Part shown: positions 16,261-29,146 of the stretch, piece after piece
Position numbering within the stretch: the stretch's first letter is position 1
Layout: each line of letters opens with the position of its first letter
Translations under genes and position numbers: made by a program
From: the human T2T-CHM13v2.0 reference genome, Homo sapiens
Reading direction: 5' to 3' (one strand)
Length of the DNA stretch: 64,000 nucleotides
NCBI RefSeq assembly: GCF_009914755.1
Contig: NC_060925.1
Notes under the pieces: generated by a model
What the model saw: the letters and a program-made list of their open reading frames with translations, nothing else
What the model was told of the DNA's origin: nothing
Database searches by the model: none

Positions 16261-17079
16261 TACTATTCAGATTAACAAATGAGTATTTATAAAACAGTAA
16301 ACACATATAGTATATTTTAAATACTTACTTTTTATTCATTTCACCTCCTCCTGCCATTACCAAAATCAAGTACAAATTTTCATGTCTTTTAAGACATGAA
16401 AATAAATGTGAACAAATCACAAAGATTGAAATAAAAATAGTATTGTTTAGAAATGCAAATAATAGACTAAAGCAAATTCTCAATGATTTCGTTACAATAC
16501 TCAAAGTGAAATATCTATTCCAATTGGTATATCTAGATTAATTGTGACTGCTACTATCCTACCTATAAATTAATTTATTTTGTTCCAACTTAATGAAGCA
16601 TATCAAAATGCAAATAGGAGAAATAACATTAGAGAGATAGCCAGGAATTTAATGTATTTTAACATATCAGGTATTTTATTCAATGTCAACATTTTATTGT
16701 ATTTGTTCTAATTTTGTAGCAAAATAAAATATAATACTGCATGAAAATATATGCATATTTAAAGCCATATTATAATGAGAACCTTTCTAATAAAAGATGA
16801 TCCAAAACCTTCTTGATAGGTTACACCTATCACCCATTCTATTAGGCTAAATTTTATATCATCTAGCATTAATTTACTACTTTAATTTAGTACGTCTTCA
16901 AAATCATTATTGATAGTAGACATGACAGGAACTTACCCTGTTCTGCTTCTCAAACACTTGCTGTTTTTTGTACTTTTTTCCCTCATAATAATAATCATAA
17001 TCGCTCTGCTGGGTTCTACAAAAACGTGTTGGTGCTTTAATTGGAATTATATTGAGGATGTAAATTAGTTACTACTAAC

Positions 17080-17640
17080 ACCACAGGTCATCATCATCTC
17101 TCACCAGGGATATTTTAATAGACTTTTCACTATTGCTTTGTTTTATGTCCCCCCTTCCACAAAATGGCTCTCTTCTCACTCTGAAACAAAAAGAAAAATA
17201 AAGAAATAGTTGATAGTGTCCTACAACATAAGGTGAACATCCAGTTCTGACTTTATTTCCAATTTTTCTCTCTTGTTTACTCTGTTCCCGCCAAAGAGTC
17301 TCTTCGATGTAACGTTAACCTGTTACATGTCTGGAAAGTTACTTCTCACTCCTCTCCTCTGATCTTAAGGGTGTTTCCTTTGATAGTCTTGCGCAACAAT
17401 TTGGTTAAAATTTCACCTATCTCTAACAGTATCTTTTTTACCTTTTGACTTTAGTTTGGGCCAAGTAACTTTTACTTATTAACGTGCTTATTACTCCTCT
17501 CTTCTCACTAGAACAAAACTACATGAGGGCAGCAATTTTCATCTATTTTATTCACTGCCACATTTTCAGTTCTTAGAACTGTATCTGACAGATAGTAGGC
17601 ACTTTAAAATTGATTGCTAAGTGGATGCATAAATGAATTA
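17080..17640 (+). mobile_element. L2 (L2a-like) 3' portion
   Basis: 'ctagaacaaaactacatgagggcagcaattttcatctattttattcactgc...gatagtaggcact..gaat' is the L2a 3' end. Confidence 0.75.
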
Positions 17641-18279
17641 ATATGATTTACTTTGTATAAGAGGATCTATATATGATGATCTATGAAAGTGCTTTTGAAA
17701 GATTACTATTAAAATGTTTTTCTAAATTAAATTTATCAATTATCTGTAATATAGCAAATATGAATGGATCTGAATTATATTGTCATCATGATGTAATAAT
17801 ACTTTAAAAAGTTTATATTAAATACACAAACATGAATTAGATCTAGAATATTAGTGTATTTTTTTACATTAGTAGTGCCCTGATATTCTGTGACCAAGAG
17901 ACATAAAAAGCTCTCTCTATCTCTGCCTGTCTGTCTCTTTCTTTCTCTGTCTCTCTTTCTCTTTATATATATATGAAATTGAATGCAATTTTAGAGCTAT
18001 ACATTAATAAAGCATCATTTGTACATCAGCAGTAAATACAGATTATTATAAAAATTATGATATTTAGTTGTTTGACTTTTTTCTGAGTGAATGACAAAAC
18101 TACCCCAATATACTACATGAAATCTTTACAGAACATATCATAAATCTACTCAGAACATATTTCTTTTAACTCTAAATTTTTTATTCTGTATGGTAGATAT
18201 GCTTTGTAGACATTTCTGTTCTCACCTGAGCATAAGGTTTCTAGCTGAACTATTGAAAAGGTTGTTGAACAAAACCTAT

Positions 18280-18753
18280 ATTTGATATCCACCCTCCAAG
18301 GCATCCCCCATTGATCCTGGTGTTGTTTATGTTCAAGTTCTTTTGCAGGCTCCTCCCATATGATAATATGTTCAGTCTGTGTAAACAAAAGAAGGTAACA
18401 ATAATGATATGTCACTCGTGATGTTAGGTTATGCAAGGCATGTATATATTTTGTCTCTCTTGCTCTCTTATCACCTGCTTAATGATAGTCACCATGTCCT
18501 CCATGGAGAGTCCCTCTTGGGGAATCAGAATCCACCTACCAAGAGCCGAGAGGAATCAAGACCTTCAGCTAACAACCAAGTGAGTGAGTGGAAGGTAATT
18601 CTCCAGTTTCATTCAGGCCTTGAGATGACTTATCAAATAACTTGAGCAAGAACCATTCTGCTAAACTACTAACTTAAAGACTGTATAGGATAATATTTTT
18701 AAGCTACTAAATTTCAGTGATTTTTATACAACTATTGATGTATGATTAATATA
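18280..18753 (+). mobile_element. MaLR solo LTR (MLT1F-like)
   Basis: 'cctccaaggcatcccccattgatcctg', 'aacaaccaagtgagtgagtggaagg', 'ttttaagctactaaatttcagtgatttt' motifs. Confidence 0.7.
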
Positions 18754-19022
18754 CTGTATTAGAGATCTAACATGGTATAAAGTTTCTTTCTATAATATGT
18801 TAGTCTTGAAAATAATAGCTTTCTAATGTTGCATTTCACTGAAATCAAGATCTATTTACATAGATTTTAAGTTTTTTACTGGTGAAAAGGAATTATATTT
18901 ATTTTTCTTCTATTAATATTTAAAATAAATATTTATTAGTAGAATTATAAACCCTGAGAGATGATTATTATAGTATTCTCCATAGACCTGGGAGGAAAAG
19001 ATGACAAAATTAAATCAGAAAT

Positions 19023-19500
19023 ACAGTTGATACAGTATGCATGGATTCTATATTTGTGAATTCACCTGCAGGCTGACAATTATTTTTATCCTCCAAATTT
19101 TTACTCATGTCACTTTTGTGGTCATTGAAGGTACAGAGTGATGAAACATTTATGTCACCCTATGCACACATTACCACATAAGTAGAACAAGGGAATACTC
19201 TGCCTTTTTGGTTCAACTCTCATAGGAAATGCAGTGTACTTTTGGTGGTATATTTAGTGTCATTCTTTGTGTAATTTTCTGTTTTGCTTTAGTAATTTCA
19301 CTGTTTAAAATTGCCCCTACATGTAGCGCTGAAGTAATGTCTAGTGTTTTAATCACAAGAGGACTGCAATATTACAGAGAAAATATGTGTCTTTAAATAT
19401 AGGTGTCTTCAAATAGAAACACGCACAAAACAAAGCTATGTAATAACCAGTTAATAAAAATATTGTGACCAAAGGCTCACAATAAATTACTTCTCTGATA
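19023..19500 (+). mobile_element. MER6-like TcMar-Tigger DNA transposon relic
   Basis: 'cagttga...ggattctatatttgtgaattcacct', 'gtttaaaattgcccctacatgtagcgctgaagtaatgtctagtgtt', 'aaaatattgtgaccaaaggctc'. Confidence 0.8.
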
Positions 19501-20288
19501 TAAAATTGTAAAACCTTAAGAATTTTAGTAAGAAATAAGTGGTCTTCCGTAATAATTAAGGGATTTTTTTTCATATTATCTCTTCTTTTTCCTTAGCACA
19601 TTTCACTGGTGCTGTTATTTTGTTTTTGTTTTCCACAATCATCATAATCCCCTAATCCTTTCCTCAGATAGCAATATAGAAAGGACTTTGGCTCCTTTAT
19701 CTTTTCATCATGACAGATCTTCAGGAAGTCAGGAAGTATTGCTTGTCCTTATATTCTAAGTCTTTTTTTCCTTTTAATTTTTCCCCTCCTTATCATATTT
19801 TCATGTAATGTTCTAGATCAGATCATCTTAGGCTTTTTCTTCCCCTTGTAGATTTCAAGTTAAATGAGTAATAAAAATTAAACAGGTGCTTAATACTAGA
19901 AAATCCAAATTAGGGCTTTTTGTAGAACCTATTTAGTAATTATGAAAATCTACAAATCATCTTTGTTTAGTTGTGTGCATGTCAGGCAGGAGAATGAATA
20001 TGTGTGCCTGTGTCCCCTAAGATAATTGCTTTTTTAAAAAGTTAATGTATTCAGTTGGTCAGCCAGTCAGTCATTGATTTGTTCATTCGCAAATGTTCAC
20101 TGTTAAAGATTTTACTAGACACATGTTCCCAACAAGTATAGTTTTAAAATTCTACCATTTTGCAAGTCAAGCAACAAAAGTGTGTTGCTTTATTATGTCT
20201 ATAATAAACTTACACAGAATGGTTGTGGTAAACACAAGAATGCTCAAGGCTAACATTTAAAAATATATCTGTCCTCTATTTGGCATCA

Positions 20289-20341
20289 CCTAGGTATGAC
20301 TTTTTTTCATCCTAGGCACGACTTTTTTTCATCCTAGGCAC
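20289..20341. repeat. 22-bp tandem duplication (~2.4 copies)
   Basis: cctagg(t/c)a(t/c)gactttttttcat twice, then cctaggcac. Confidence 0.85.
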
Positions 20342-20423
20342 TAAACAAGTTCTCATTACCTCTTAAATATCTAGGAGAATATATTTAAAGATGTCTTCAG
20401 AAGGTTTGTTTATTTGTGCTTAA

Positions 20424-20990
20424 TGTAATGGACAGAAATTCTAAATCAGCCACTCATGATCTCTGCCTCCCAGTGCTCATGCTATTATAGGAGCAGGACC
20501 TGTGATTTGCTTTCAACCAATAGAATAAAGAAAAAGTGATGAATGTCTCCTCCATGATTATGTTCTGCTATGTACGGCTCCATCTTGCTAGTGGACATGT
20601 AAGAGAGGCTATCCTTGCTGAAGTGGTGAAGTAGCCACGTTGGGAGGGCCCATAGGGCAAGGAACCACAAGCAGCCCCCATGAGCTTAGGCAGGTCTGAA
20701 ACCCCAGTTGCAAGAAGCTGGGCCCTTCAGACATACAGTTAAAGAAAATGACTTCTTTCAATATACTGAGCGAGCATAGAGGTCAATTATTTCCTCCCAG
20801 AGCCTCCAGATGAGAATGCAACCTGACTGACACCTTTGATTGAAGTCTTATGGGATGCTAAGTAGAGGAACCAGCTATGCCATGCTTAGACATTTTACCA
20901 CATAAACTATAAGATAATGAACAATTGCTATTTTAAGTTGCTATTTTTGTGGTAATTTGTTAGCAATTGAAACAGCTTAAACTAAACACA
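20424..20990 (+). mobile_element. MaLR solo LTR (MLT1E-like)
   Basis: 'tgtaatggacagaaattctaa...gagcctccagatgagaatgcaacctgactgacacc...gtggtaatttgttagc..aactaaacaca'. Confidence 0.85.
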
Positions 20991-21268
20991 TGTAAGCTTG
21001 AAATAAAATTAGGAAAAGTTATTGAGGAAAGGCTTTAGTTGTCATACTTCTTGAAAAGCAGAAAAAAATATGATGGGATAAGGAATTGATTAGTTAGAGA
21101 TTTTATCATTAAAATGTCTTCATGAAAGAAAGGGAGCACTCAGAATATTTTAAAGCTCTTAACCATGTTTAATTGAGAAAGATTCAAAAACACGCCTACG
21201 CAAACTCAGTTATTATTTTTCACTTCAAAAAATAAAAGAACTTTTAAAAACCCTGAATATATCTTAAA

Positions 21269-21274
<6 letters not shown>

Positions 21275-21330
<56 letters not shown>

Positions 21331-22645
21331 AATATATATATATATAATACTTTAAGTTCTGGGGTATGTGTGCACAATGTGCAGGTTTGTTACATATATA
21401 TACATGTGCCATGTTGGTGTGCTGCACCCATTAACTTGTCATTTACATTAGGTATATCTCGTAATGCTATCCCTCCCCCCTCCCCCCACCCCACAATAGG
21501 CCCTGGTGTGTGATGTTCCCCTTCCTGTGTCTAAGTGTTCTCATTGTTCAATTGCCACCTGTGAGTGAGAACATGCGGTGTTTGGTTTTTTGTCCTTGCG
21601 ATAGTTTGCTGAAAATAATGGTTTCCAGCTTCATCCATGTCCCTACAAAGGACATGAACTCATCATTTTTTATGGCTGCATAGTATTCCATGGTGTATAT
21701 GTGCCACATTTTCTTAATCCAATCTATCATTGATGGACATTTGGGTTGGTTCAAAGTCTTTGCTATTGTGAGTAGTGCCGCAATAAACATACGTGTGCAT
21801 GTGTCTTTATAGCAGCATGATTTATAATCCTTTGGGTATATACCCAGTAATGGGATGGCTGGGTCAAATGGCATTTCTAGTTCTAGATCCCTGAGGAATC
21901 GCCACACTGTCTTCCACAGTGGTTGAACTAGTTTACAGTCCCACCAACAGTGTAAAAGTGTTCCTATTTCTCCACATCCTTTCCAGCACCTGTTGTTTAT
22001 AATACCACACATCTACAACTATGCGATCTTTGACAAACCTGACAAAAACAAGAAATGAGGAAAGGATTTCCTATTTAACAAATGGTGCTGGAAAAACTGG
22101 CTAGCCATATGGAGAAAGCTGAAACTGGATCCCTTCCTTACACCTTACACAAAAATTAATTCAAGATGGATTAAAGACTTAAATGTTAGACCTAAAACTA
22201 TAAAAACCCTAGAAGAAAACCTGGGCAATACCATTCAGGACATAGGCATGTGCAAGGACTTCATGTCTAGAACACCGAAAGCAATGGCAACAGAAGCCTA
22301 AATTGACAAATGGGATATAACTAAACTACAGAGCTTCTGCACAGCAAAAGAAACTACCATCAAAATGAACAGGCAACCTACAGAATGGGAGAAAATTTTT
22401 GCAATCTACTCATCTGACAAAGGGCTAATATCCAGAATCTACAAAGAACTCAAACAAATTTACAAGAAAAAAACAACCCCATCAAAAAGTGGGCCAAGGA
22501 TATGAACAGACACTTCTCAAAAGAAGACATTTATGCAGCCAACAGACACATGAAAAAATGCTAATCATCACTGGCCATCAGAGAAATGCAAATCAAAACC
22601 ACAATGAGATATCATCTCACAGCAGTTAGAATGGCAATCATTAAA
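21275..22645 (-). mobile_element. L1PA4-like insertion with 5' inversion (minus arm 21275-21999, inverted plus arm 22000-22645); tail converted to (TA)n
   Basis: ORF 21548-22012 is the ORF2p C-terminus (CWKGCGEIGTLLHCWWDC); plus arm is the immediately upstream ORF2 sequence; TSD ttaaaagttta at 21264-21274 and 22641-22651. Confidence 0.95.
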
Positions 22646-23199
22646 AGTTTAAATGAAAGAAACTAAAAACAAATAACTGTAGGCTTGTATTAAGATGATA
22701 ATTTTACGATACTTTTAAAAACATAATTCCCTTTGGATGAAATCACTATTTTCTGCATAAGCTTTTAGATATATTTTACAAATAAATTATATCAAAATAA
22801 TGGTTTTTAACTGAATATATATATTTTTAATGAAAAACATGTACTTAGTTTTCTGCTCAGTTTTCCTAATGAATAATTAGAGACTGTTTTCAAACATTGT
22901 TTTCAAAGATAGTTTCAAGAACATAATATATTTATTCTTTGAAAAACATATTTTTTATTTTTACATTAACAACAGACAGGCCAATAGGCATGGATTACAG
23001 GGGGCATAATCTCTCTGTAGAATCAAACTGATAATTAAATTGCTGTGTAAGCAAAATTAGCCAGGAGGTAAAAACAGAGATTTAAATGTATGTCTTTAGT
23101 TGACATGTACCTCTTTTTAATATTCCAGCACAAGACTGTACCAATAATTTTTACTAGGAAGTAGTATAATATAGTTTTTAAGAGCAAGTGCTACAATAT

Positions 23200-23410
23200 G
23201 ATAATTGAGTTTGGATTTTAAGTCTCCTAATGCTCTTGTGAAATCTTGGATATTTTGCTTTACTTCTAGTAGACTCAGTTTTCTGAACAGCAAGTTGGGG
23301 TAATATCTTAAGCACAGAGTTGCAGAATATTAAATTAGACTTATGCATATAAAGTACTTGGCATAATTCCTGACACATAATTCAATAAGTTAGTGTTATG
23401 ATTGTTATAA
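23200..23410 (+). mobile_element. MIR
   Basis: 'gactcagttttctgaacagcaagttgggg...taaagtacttggcataattcctgacacataa'. Confidence 0.6.
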
Positions 23411-23543
23411 CTGTTGATAATGTAATTATAACCTTCAGAAAACGTATGCTCTCTCTAAGACTCTGGGCTATTCTAAATGCCAACTAATTTTCCAAGTAAA
23501 CTATTCATTATTTTGTTATGTTTAAACAAACAAACAAAAATTA

Positions 23544-23810
23544 GATTTGGGAGGCCGAGGCAGGCAGATCACTTGAGGTCAGGAGTTCGAGACCAGTCTG
23601 GCCAACATGGTAAAACCTCGTCTCTACTAAAAATACAAAAATTAGAGGGTGGGGGCAGGTGCCTGTAATCCCAGCTACTGGGGAGGCTGAGGCAGAAGAA
23701 TCACTTGAACACAAGAGGCAGAAGTTGCAGCAAGCTGAGATTGCACCACCACACTCCAGCCTGAGTGACAGAGCGAGACTCTATATCACAAAACAAAACA
23801 AAAACAAACC
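23544..23810 (+). mobile_element. AluS, 5'-truncated, with (AAAAC)n tail
   Basis: Starts at 'tttgggaggccgaggc'; has both arms. Confidence 0.92.
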
Positions 23811-26129
23811 AGTCAGAGTCTTCATTCTCTTTCCCAAGTAAAATCTACATTCCTCCTGCTTTTCAAAACATTCCAACATGTATTTAATGATTCTCAGAGA
23901 GAAAAAAATACATTTGGAGGAAAATTAAGGGAGCTTTTATACTGTTATTTACATTGATACCTCACAAATGAAGATATATTTATATATCTACCAAAGCCCC
24001 TGAATCTTCTACATTGCAAAATACATATAATTTTTCATGGAATGAACTGACTACTTTGCAGTTTTATTTTCAGTTATTGATACTACCTGGTGAACAAATT
24101 ATTTTAACAAAGAAAATAAGGAAAACCATGTAGAATTATGAATCATGGGGTTATAGGTTTAAAAGGCAAAAAGGAACTTAGAATTTTACTGATGAATGGA
24201 AATCAGACGATATGTTGGCATTTCTTCAAACTAACCCCATGCTTTAAGTTGAAGCACCTTCATATTTCAAAGCACATTCTGCCAGAGTTTCATATAAAGG
24301 CATTTCAATTTAATTTAAATTGGCTAAAACAATTAGATAGCTTTTTCTCTCCTAAATGACTTGCTTTTGCAATGGATATAAAAGGCATTAGCTTTTAAAA
24401 AAAATTAGAGCAGGTATGAGGATTTGTCTCTTGAGATACACACTGATTATTAATAAAGAGGTTGTGAAAATTGAACATGACTTTCAGCCAACTCAGTAAC
24501 ATGAACTCTAAGTGACAAGTGACATTAAGAGCCCTTGAGAAGCAGGTCACTGTCAGAAGAAGGAGATACATGTAAGTATAAAAAAAATAAAATATTACCT
24601 TTGTAAAGAAGTTTAACTTCATTTTTTAACTTGAGGATCACAGTGAGCTAAAGAAAACTTGTTCAAGAGATTGTTACATCGGATTTTTTTTTAAAAGTCT
24701 TGTCTACTTGTCAGTATTCTAAAGAACTTCATGATATTATTCAATTTTCTTCAAATTCTTCAAAAGCTTCCCTTACTCTTAAGCTGTAGTCTATGCCTTG
24801 TAATAATGACACACACACACATATATATCTCCGTGATTAATTTCTTTAACTTATGGTTGGCTAAATCCTTAAACCCCATAACTTGGTTGCACTTCTGTTG
24901 TCACGCCTTGGGTATTGCTGTTGTTCAAAATTGCTGCACCTCTCAAACCTCATCTTTAATCACACACTTTGTCTTTCTTATAACAATTCATTTTCCCTTT
25001 ATCAAATACCTACCATTTCTGTCCTTCACAGTAGTTTCTGTAATTATATAATCAAACTCAATCAATATAACAGAAGACATAAGACACTTGTGTTTTGAAT
25101 TCTTTAATTCACTACAAATGCTCTGCTATTTTTGCATTCATAATTTTAAACTGTAAATAACAATAACTACTATTGTCAGTTAGAATTTGGGGAGAAAGAA
25201 GAAGCAGGCTAGTGGGTTGTACTAACATACAAATGTTTTGTGAATCCATTCCTTTCAGGCTTCTGCATAATACCTTTTTTTTCCTCTTTAATGGAGAGAG
25301 CTGCTACAAAGCAGAGTAACCCCAAATGCCCAACAGCTCTGTGACTCAGACAGATGTTTAAATGTTGGGAATAGGATGGCTATGCAAGTGCTAACAGTTC
25401 TTTCCATATGAAATATAAAGGAAAACCAGGAGATCTATAGGAAACATTAAGATTTTGGTAATGCAAAAAAATAAATAAATAAAATTAAATGTCCAAGGAA
25501 ATCACCAAAAGTTTCCCAAAATAGTCGGATAATTTCAGCTTTGTTCTGAAAGTGGTAGTCCCAAGAATTTCCTCTCAGAATTTCTCCTCTAATGTGGAGG
25601 AAAGTTTAGTCTGTGTCAGGGTTTCACATGGCCTTTTCCTCAGTAAGGCTTCTCAAATATGTTTATTCTACTTTTATCCACAGGACAAAGCCATCTTTGG
25701 TGAAGATAAATAAGAAACACCTGTTCTTTATACTATGTCAGCCAGTATGATGTTGGTGTGGGGATAAGAAAAGCAGACATTGTTAATGAAACTATTACAA
25801 GCTTTCTACGTAAATGTCTTCCAAGGTAGATGTGCAGCTGACTTCAATGTGTAATTAACAAATAACCGGGGTGACATCGATAGAAAGCCAAAAGTATATA
25901 CTTCATTGATAAAACTATTGATTAACCAAGAGTATCAACTGATATTCTCGATTTTCAGGAGTAAATAAATGACATCTCAATATAGACAAGGTAGAGTAAA
26001 ACAGGCAAATATTTCATGACCTTAGAATCTTATCCTTTGGTTTTCTTTTCAGAATCACTAAAACTGCCAAACTAAAATTCAGGTTGTAGGCAGTTAATCT
26101 TCTTGACTATCCCTTTCAAATGGTGTATA

Positions 26130-26715
26130 TTGTTTCTTGCATATTTTCAAGGTTTTCTCCTTGGCTTTAGCTTTCAGTATTTTACCTTGATGTGCATGCT
26201 TATGAGTATCTTATTTTTATCTACATGGAATTTGTAGAATTTCCTAAATGTTTATTTTGTTTCTTCAGGTTCACACTTTTTTTTTCCTTTACCTGTTATA
26301 TATTTTGTTGAGCTTCTTTAGTGAATTTTTTTTTATTTTTACTATTGTTCTTTCAACCCCAGAATTGCCCCCCTGGGGTCCTCTTGGCTTCTCTCTCCTG
26401 TCGTGGAACCATGCCTCACAAAGCAAGGGCTGTTGGCCCAGAGTACTCTCTGCTTACTGCATGAAAGAAGAACCTCTGATTCATGCATGAGGCTGGATGA
26501 ATGAAAGGAGCTCATAGCTCTCCATCATACTCCCCTGAAACATAGCCTCAGCAACAAGCTTCTAAGGGCAGAACGAGAAATGATGAAGCCCCGCTCCTCC
26601 TGGGAAGCAGAAAACTGCAGCTGAAAGATGGGGAGGAGTTTTGGAATTTTCACCACTTACCAGTTATTTTGGAGAGCTGATCAGTAGAACGCCTCATGCT
26701 GTCATCATAGAAGTT
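26130..26715 (-). mobile_element. Ancient L1M 5' region/ORF1 fragments
   Basis: 'ttttcaaggttttctccttggctttagctttcagtattttaccttgatgtg' (antisense ORF1-like); 'ctcatgctgtcatcatagaagt' resembles the reverse complement of an L1M 5' end. Confidence 0.5.
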
Positions 26716-27159
26716 GATCAAAGTATTGTTTTCTTTCAGTCCACTAATTATATTTTGTCCTCAAATTATATTCTACCAAAATTCTGTTTCACCATAGTCC
26801 AAGTATTTTAAAAAGTTTTCTTGCCCTGTTCTTATTATGCAAAACGTAAGAACTATCCTTTTCCACCATCTCTTTGAAAAATCAAATATAAAACTGAAAC
26901 ACAATTCTGTTCCTTTCATGGTAATCTTTTCTATAGTACTCTATTTTCTGCTCATTGCTGACAGTAATGACCACATATTACATTTCAAATATGTATCTAG
27001 TTTTCCTAATCCCTTATCAAATATATATTTATGAATTGCAGTGGCAGTATAAACACTTCCATCTATATCTTCATATGTAGAAAGCACAGTTTCTTGCACA
27101 GGAGAGACGCAATAAGTATAGTGTCTATTATGACCACATTTATAAGTCAAAAAGGAGTT

Positions 27160-27930
27160 TGAAATGTTTCTACTTAAAAAGTCCTCCTTTTTCAAAAATT
27201 CTGTGAGACTTTGTGTAGAACAGGAATTATTACTTTCTTAAAGTGTGTAGTAGAATTCACCAGTGATAGCCTCTATTCCTGGAGTTTCTTTTGTGCAATG
27301 ATTTTAAACTATAAAACCAGTTTAGTTGACAGCCTTGAGGCTATTAAATTGTATCCTAATTACATCTATTTCTTTTAAATGTCTTTCTTAAATTGACAAA
27401 TAAATTGTATGTTTTTATGTATAATATGATGTTTTAAAGTAAAATTAGCTAATTAACAAATGTATAACCTCATATTTATTCTTGAATACGTTTTATTTTT
27501 ATGTTTTTCTGATAATTTTTCTAATTCATCTAAGTTGGTGACTTTATTGGAATGAAGTTGTTGTTAATATTATCACAACTAACCTGTTAATACTTTAAAT
27601 ATTGAAGTGGTGCCAACTCTCTCATTTCTTATATTGCAGACTTTCTTGATAGTCAACAACTTAATGAATCTATTCAAAATCCCAGCTTTATTTTAATTGC
27701 CACATTGATTATTTTTATTTTTATTTTCAAAACATGGCTTTCCTCTCTGGTCTTTATTATTATTTTTTCTTTTCAATCATATATGATTCTTTTCTTTGTT
27801 TCTAAAATTGGAAGCTAAAATTATGGACCTCATATTTTTATTCATATTATAGTTGTTTAGTGTTATAAATTTTCCTCTTAGAAGTGCTTTAGTTCCATCA
27901 TCTAATAAATTTTGATAAAATGTTGCTTGT
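27160..27930 (-). mobile_element. Ancient L1M ORF2 fragment, with a short L1MA 3' insert near 27385-27475
   Basis: 'tagaattcaccagtgatagcctctattcctggagtttc', 'tttagtgttataaattttcctcttagaagtgctttag' are antisense L1 ORF2 motifs. Confidence 0.7.
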
Positions 27931-28629
27931 TTATACTGGTGAACCACTACCAAGAGACAAAAGTTTTATTAACTTTCTCTCAATATAACATTTTCCCCTG
28001 CTAATGCTTATCTGTACTACTTGCTTGGTATCCAGTGAAATTCTATCCCACTTTTTGAATAGTTTCATCTGGTAATTAATCACATACAATTTTATGTATA
28101 CATTTACTGTTTTAGTAGTTTTAATGCATATGCCCTTAATATTTGAAGTGATATCATCTATTAAAGAGTGAAGTCTGTGGCGGTTTTTTCTCTTAATTTA
28201 CACACTGAACATCTAAACTCATGGTTATCAATGAAAATCGATTGAATTACATTGATGTAATTAACTGAGATTGAAACATGGTCTGATTTTATAGTGAAAT
28301 ACGTGGGAATCTGGAAACAAGTTTTTCTTTTATATAAGATTTCCTCTGAGTATGTTAGAAAAATATAATATTCTTCTACATCCCATGACACTGACCATCC
28401 AAGATAGCATCAGCAGCTCAGATCCCAAATCTTCACGGCATTGAAATATAGATGCTTTTTGTTTGTTTGTTTTAATGCCAAAAGGTTAAAAATGTGGAGA
28501 AACTTTACAATGAGACCCAAATAGTTACAGTATTCAATGTTGCTAGCACTGACCACATTTATAAGTGACAAAGGAGCCTATGTATCCTTGAATAAATGTC
28601 TCTGTGTGATGTATGACTCTAAAGCTGAA

Positions 28630-28775
28630 ATGACACTTGCTGTATCAATTTCCTCAGCTGTAAACTGAGGATAATAGTGATATACATTGCCTAGGAATGT
28701 GTGAGTATAAAACTTACAATGTTTGTGACATTTGGATCGAACTGTATGATACTTGGTACATTAATGATAATTATT
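28630..28775 (+). mobile_element. MIR
   Basis: MIR core 'tcaatttcctcagctgtaaactgaggataatag'. Confidence 0.7.
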
Positions 28776-28885
28776 CACTTTCTCAAAACTTCAGGGATTT
28801 TAAATACATATACATACAAACACATATGCTATTTGTAATACAAAATAATCTTGTGAAAATGAGTTAATCTATTTAATGTGGAGAT

Positions 28886-29146
28886 CAGATTTTGGCAACC
28901 TATAGTTTATGGACCAAATCCAGCCTGTTATCTGTTTTGTAAATAAAAATTTATTGGAGCACAATCCTACTCTTTGATTTATTAATTGTCCAGGGAAGTT
29001 TTCACACTACAGCAGCAGAACTGAGGAGTTGTGCCAAAGATCATGTGGCCACAAATTGTGACACTTACTCTATGGAACCTAAGGTCTTTGCTACACACAC
29101 ACACACAGGCACACAGACTCACACACGTTTGTCACCAACTCCTGGT
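28886..29146 (+). mobile_element. MER58A (hAT-Charlie MITE) with internal (CA)n
   Basis: 'ttggcaacctatagtttatggaccaaatccagcctg..ttttgtaaataaaaatttattggagcaca'; ends 'accaactcctg'. Confidence 0.85.

Noticed and set aside
21548-22012. 154-aa ORF, the longest in the window
   Set aside because: It is the L1 ORF2p C-terminal Cys-rich domain of a truncated, inverted L1, not a gene.
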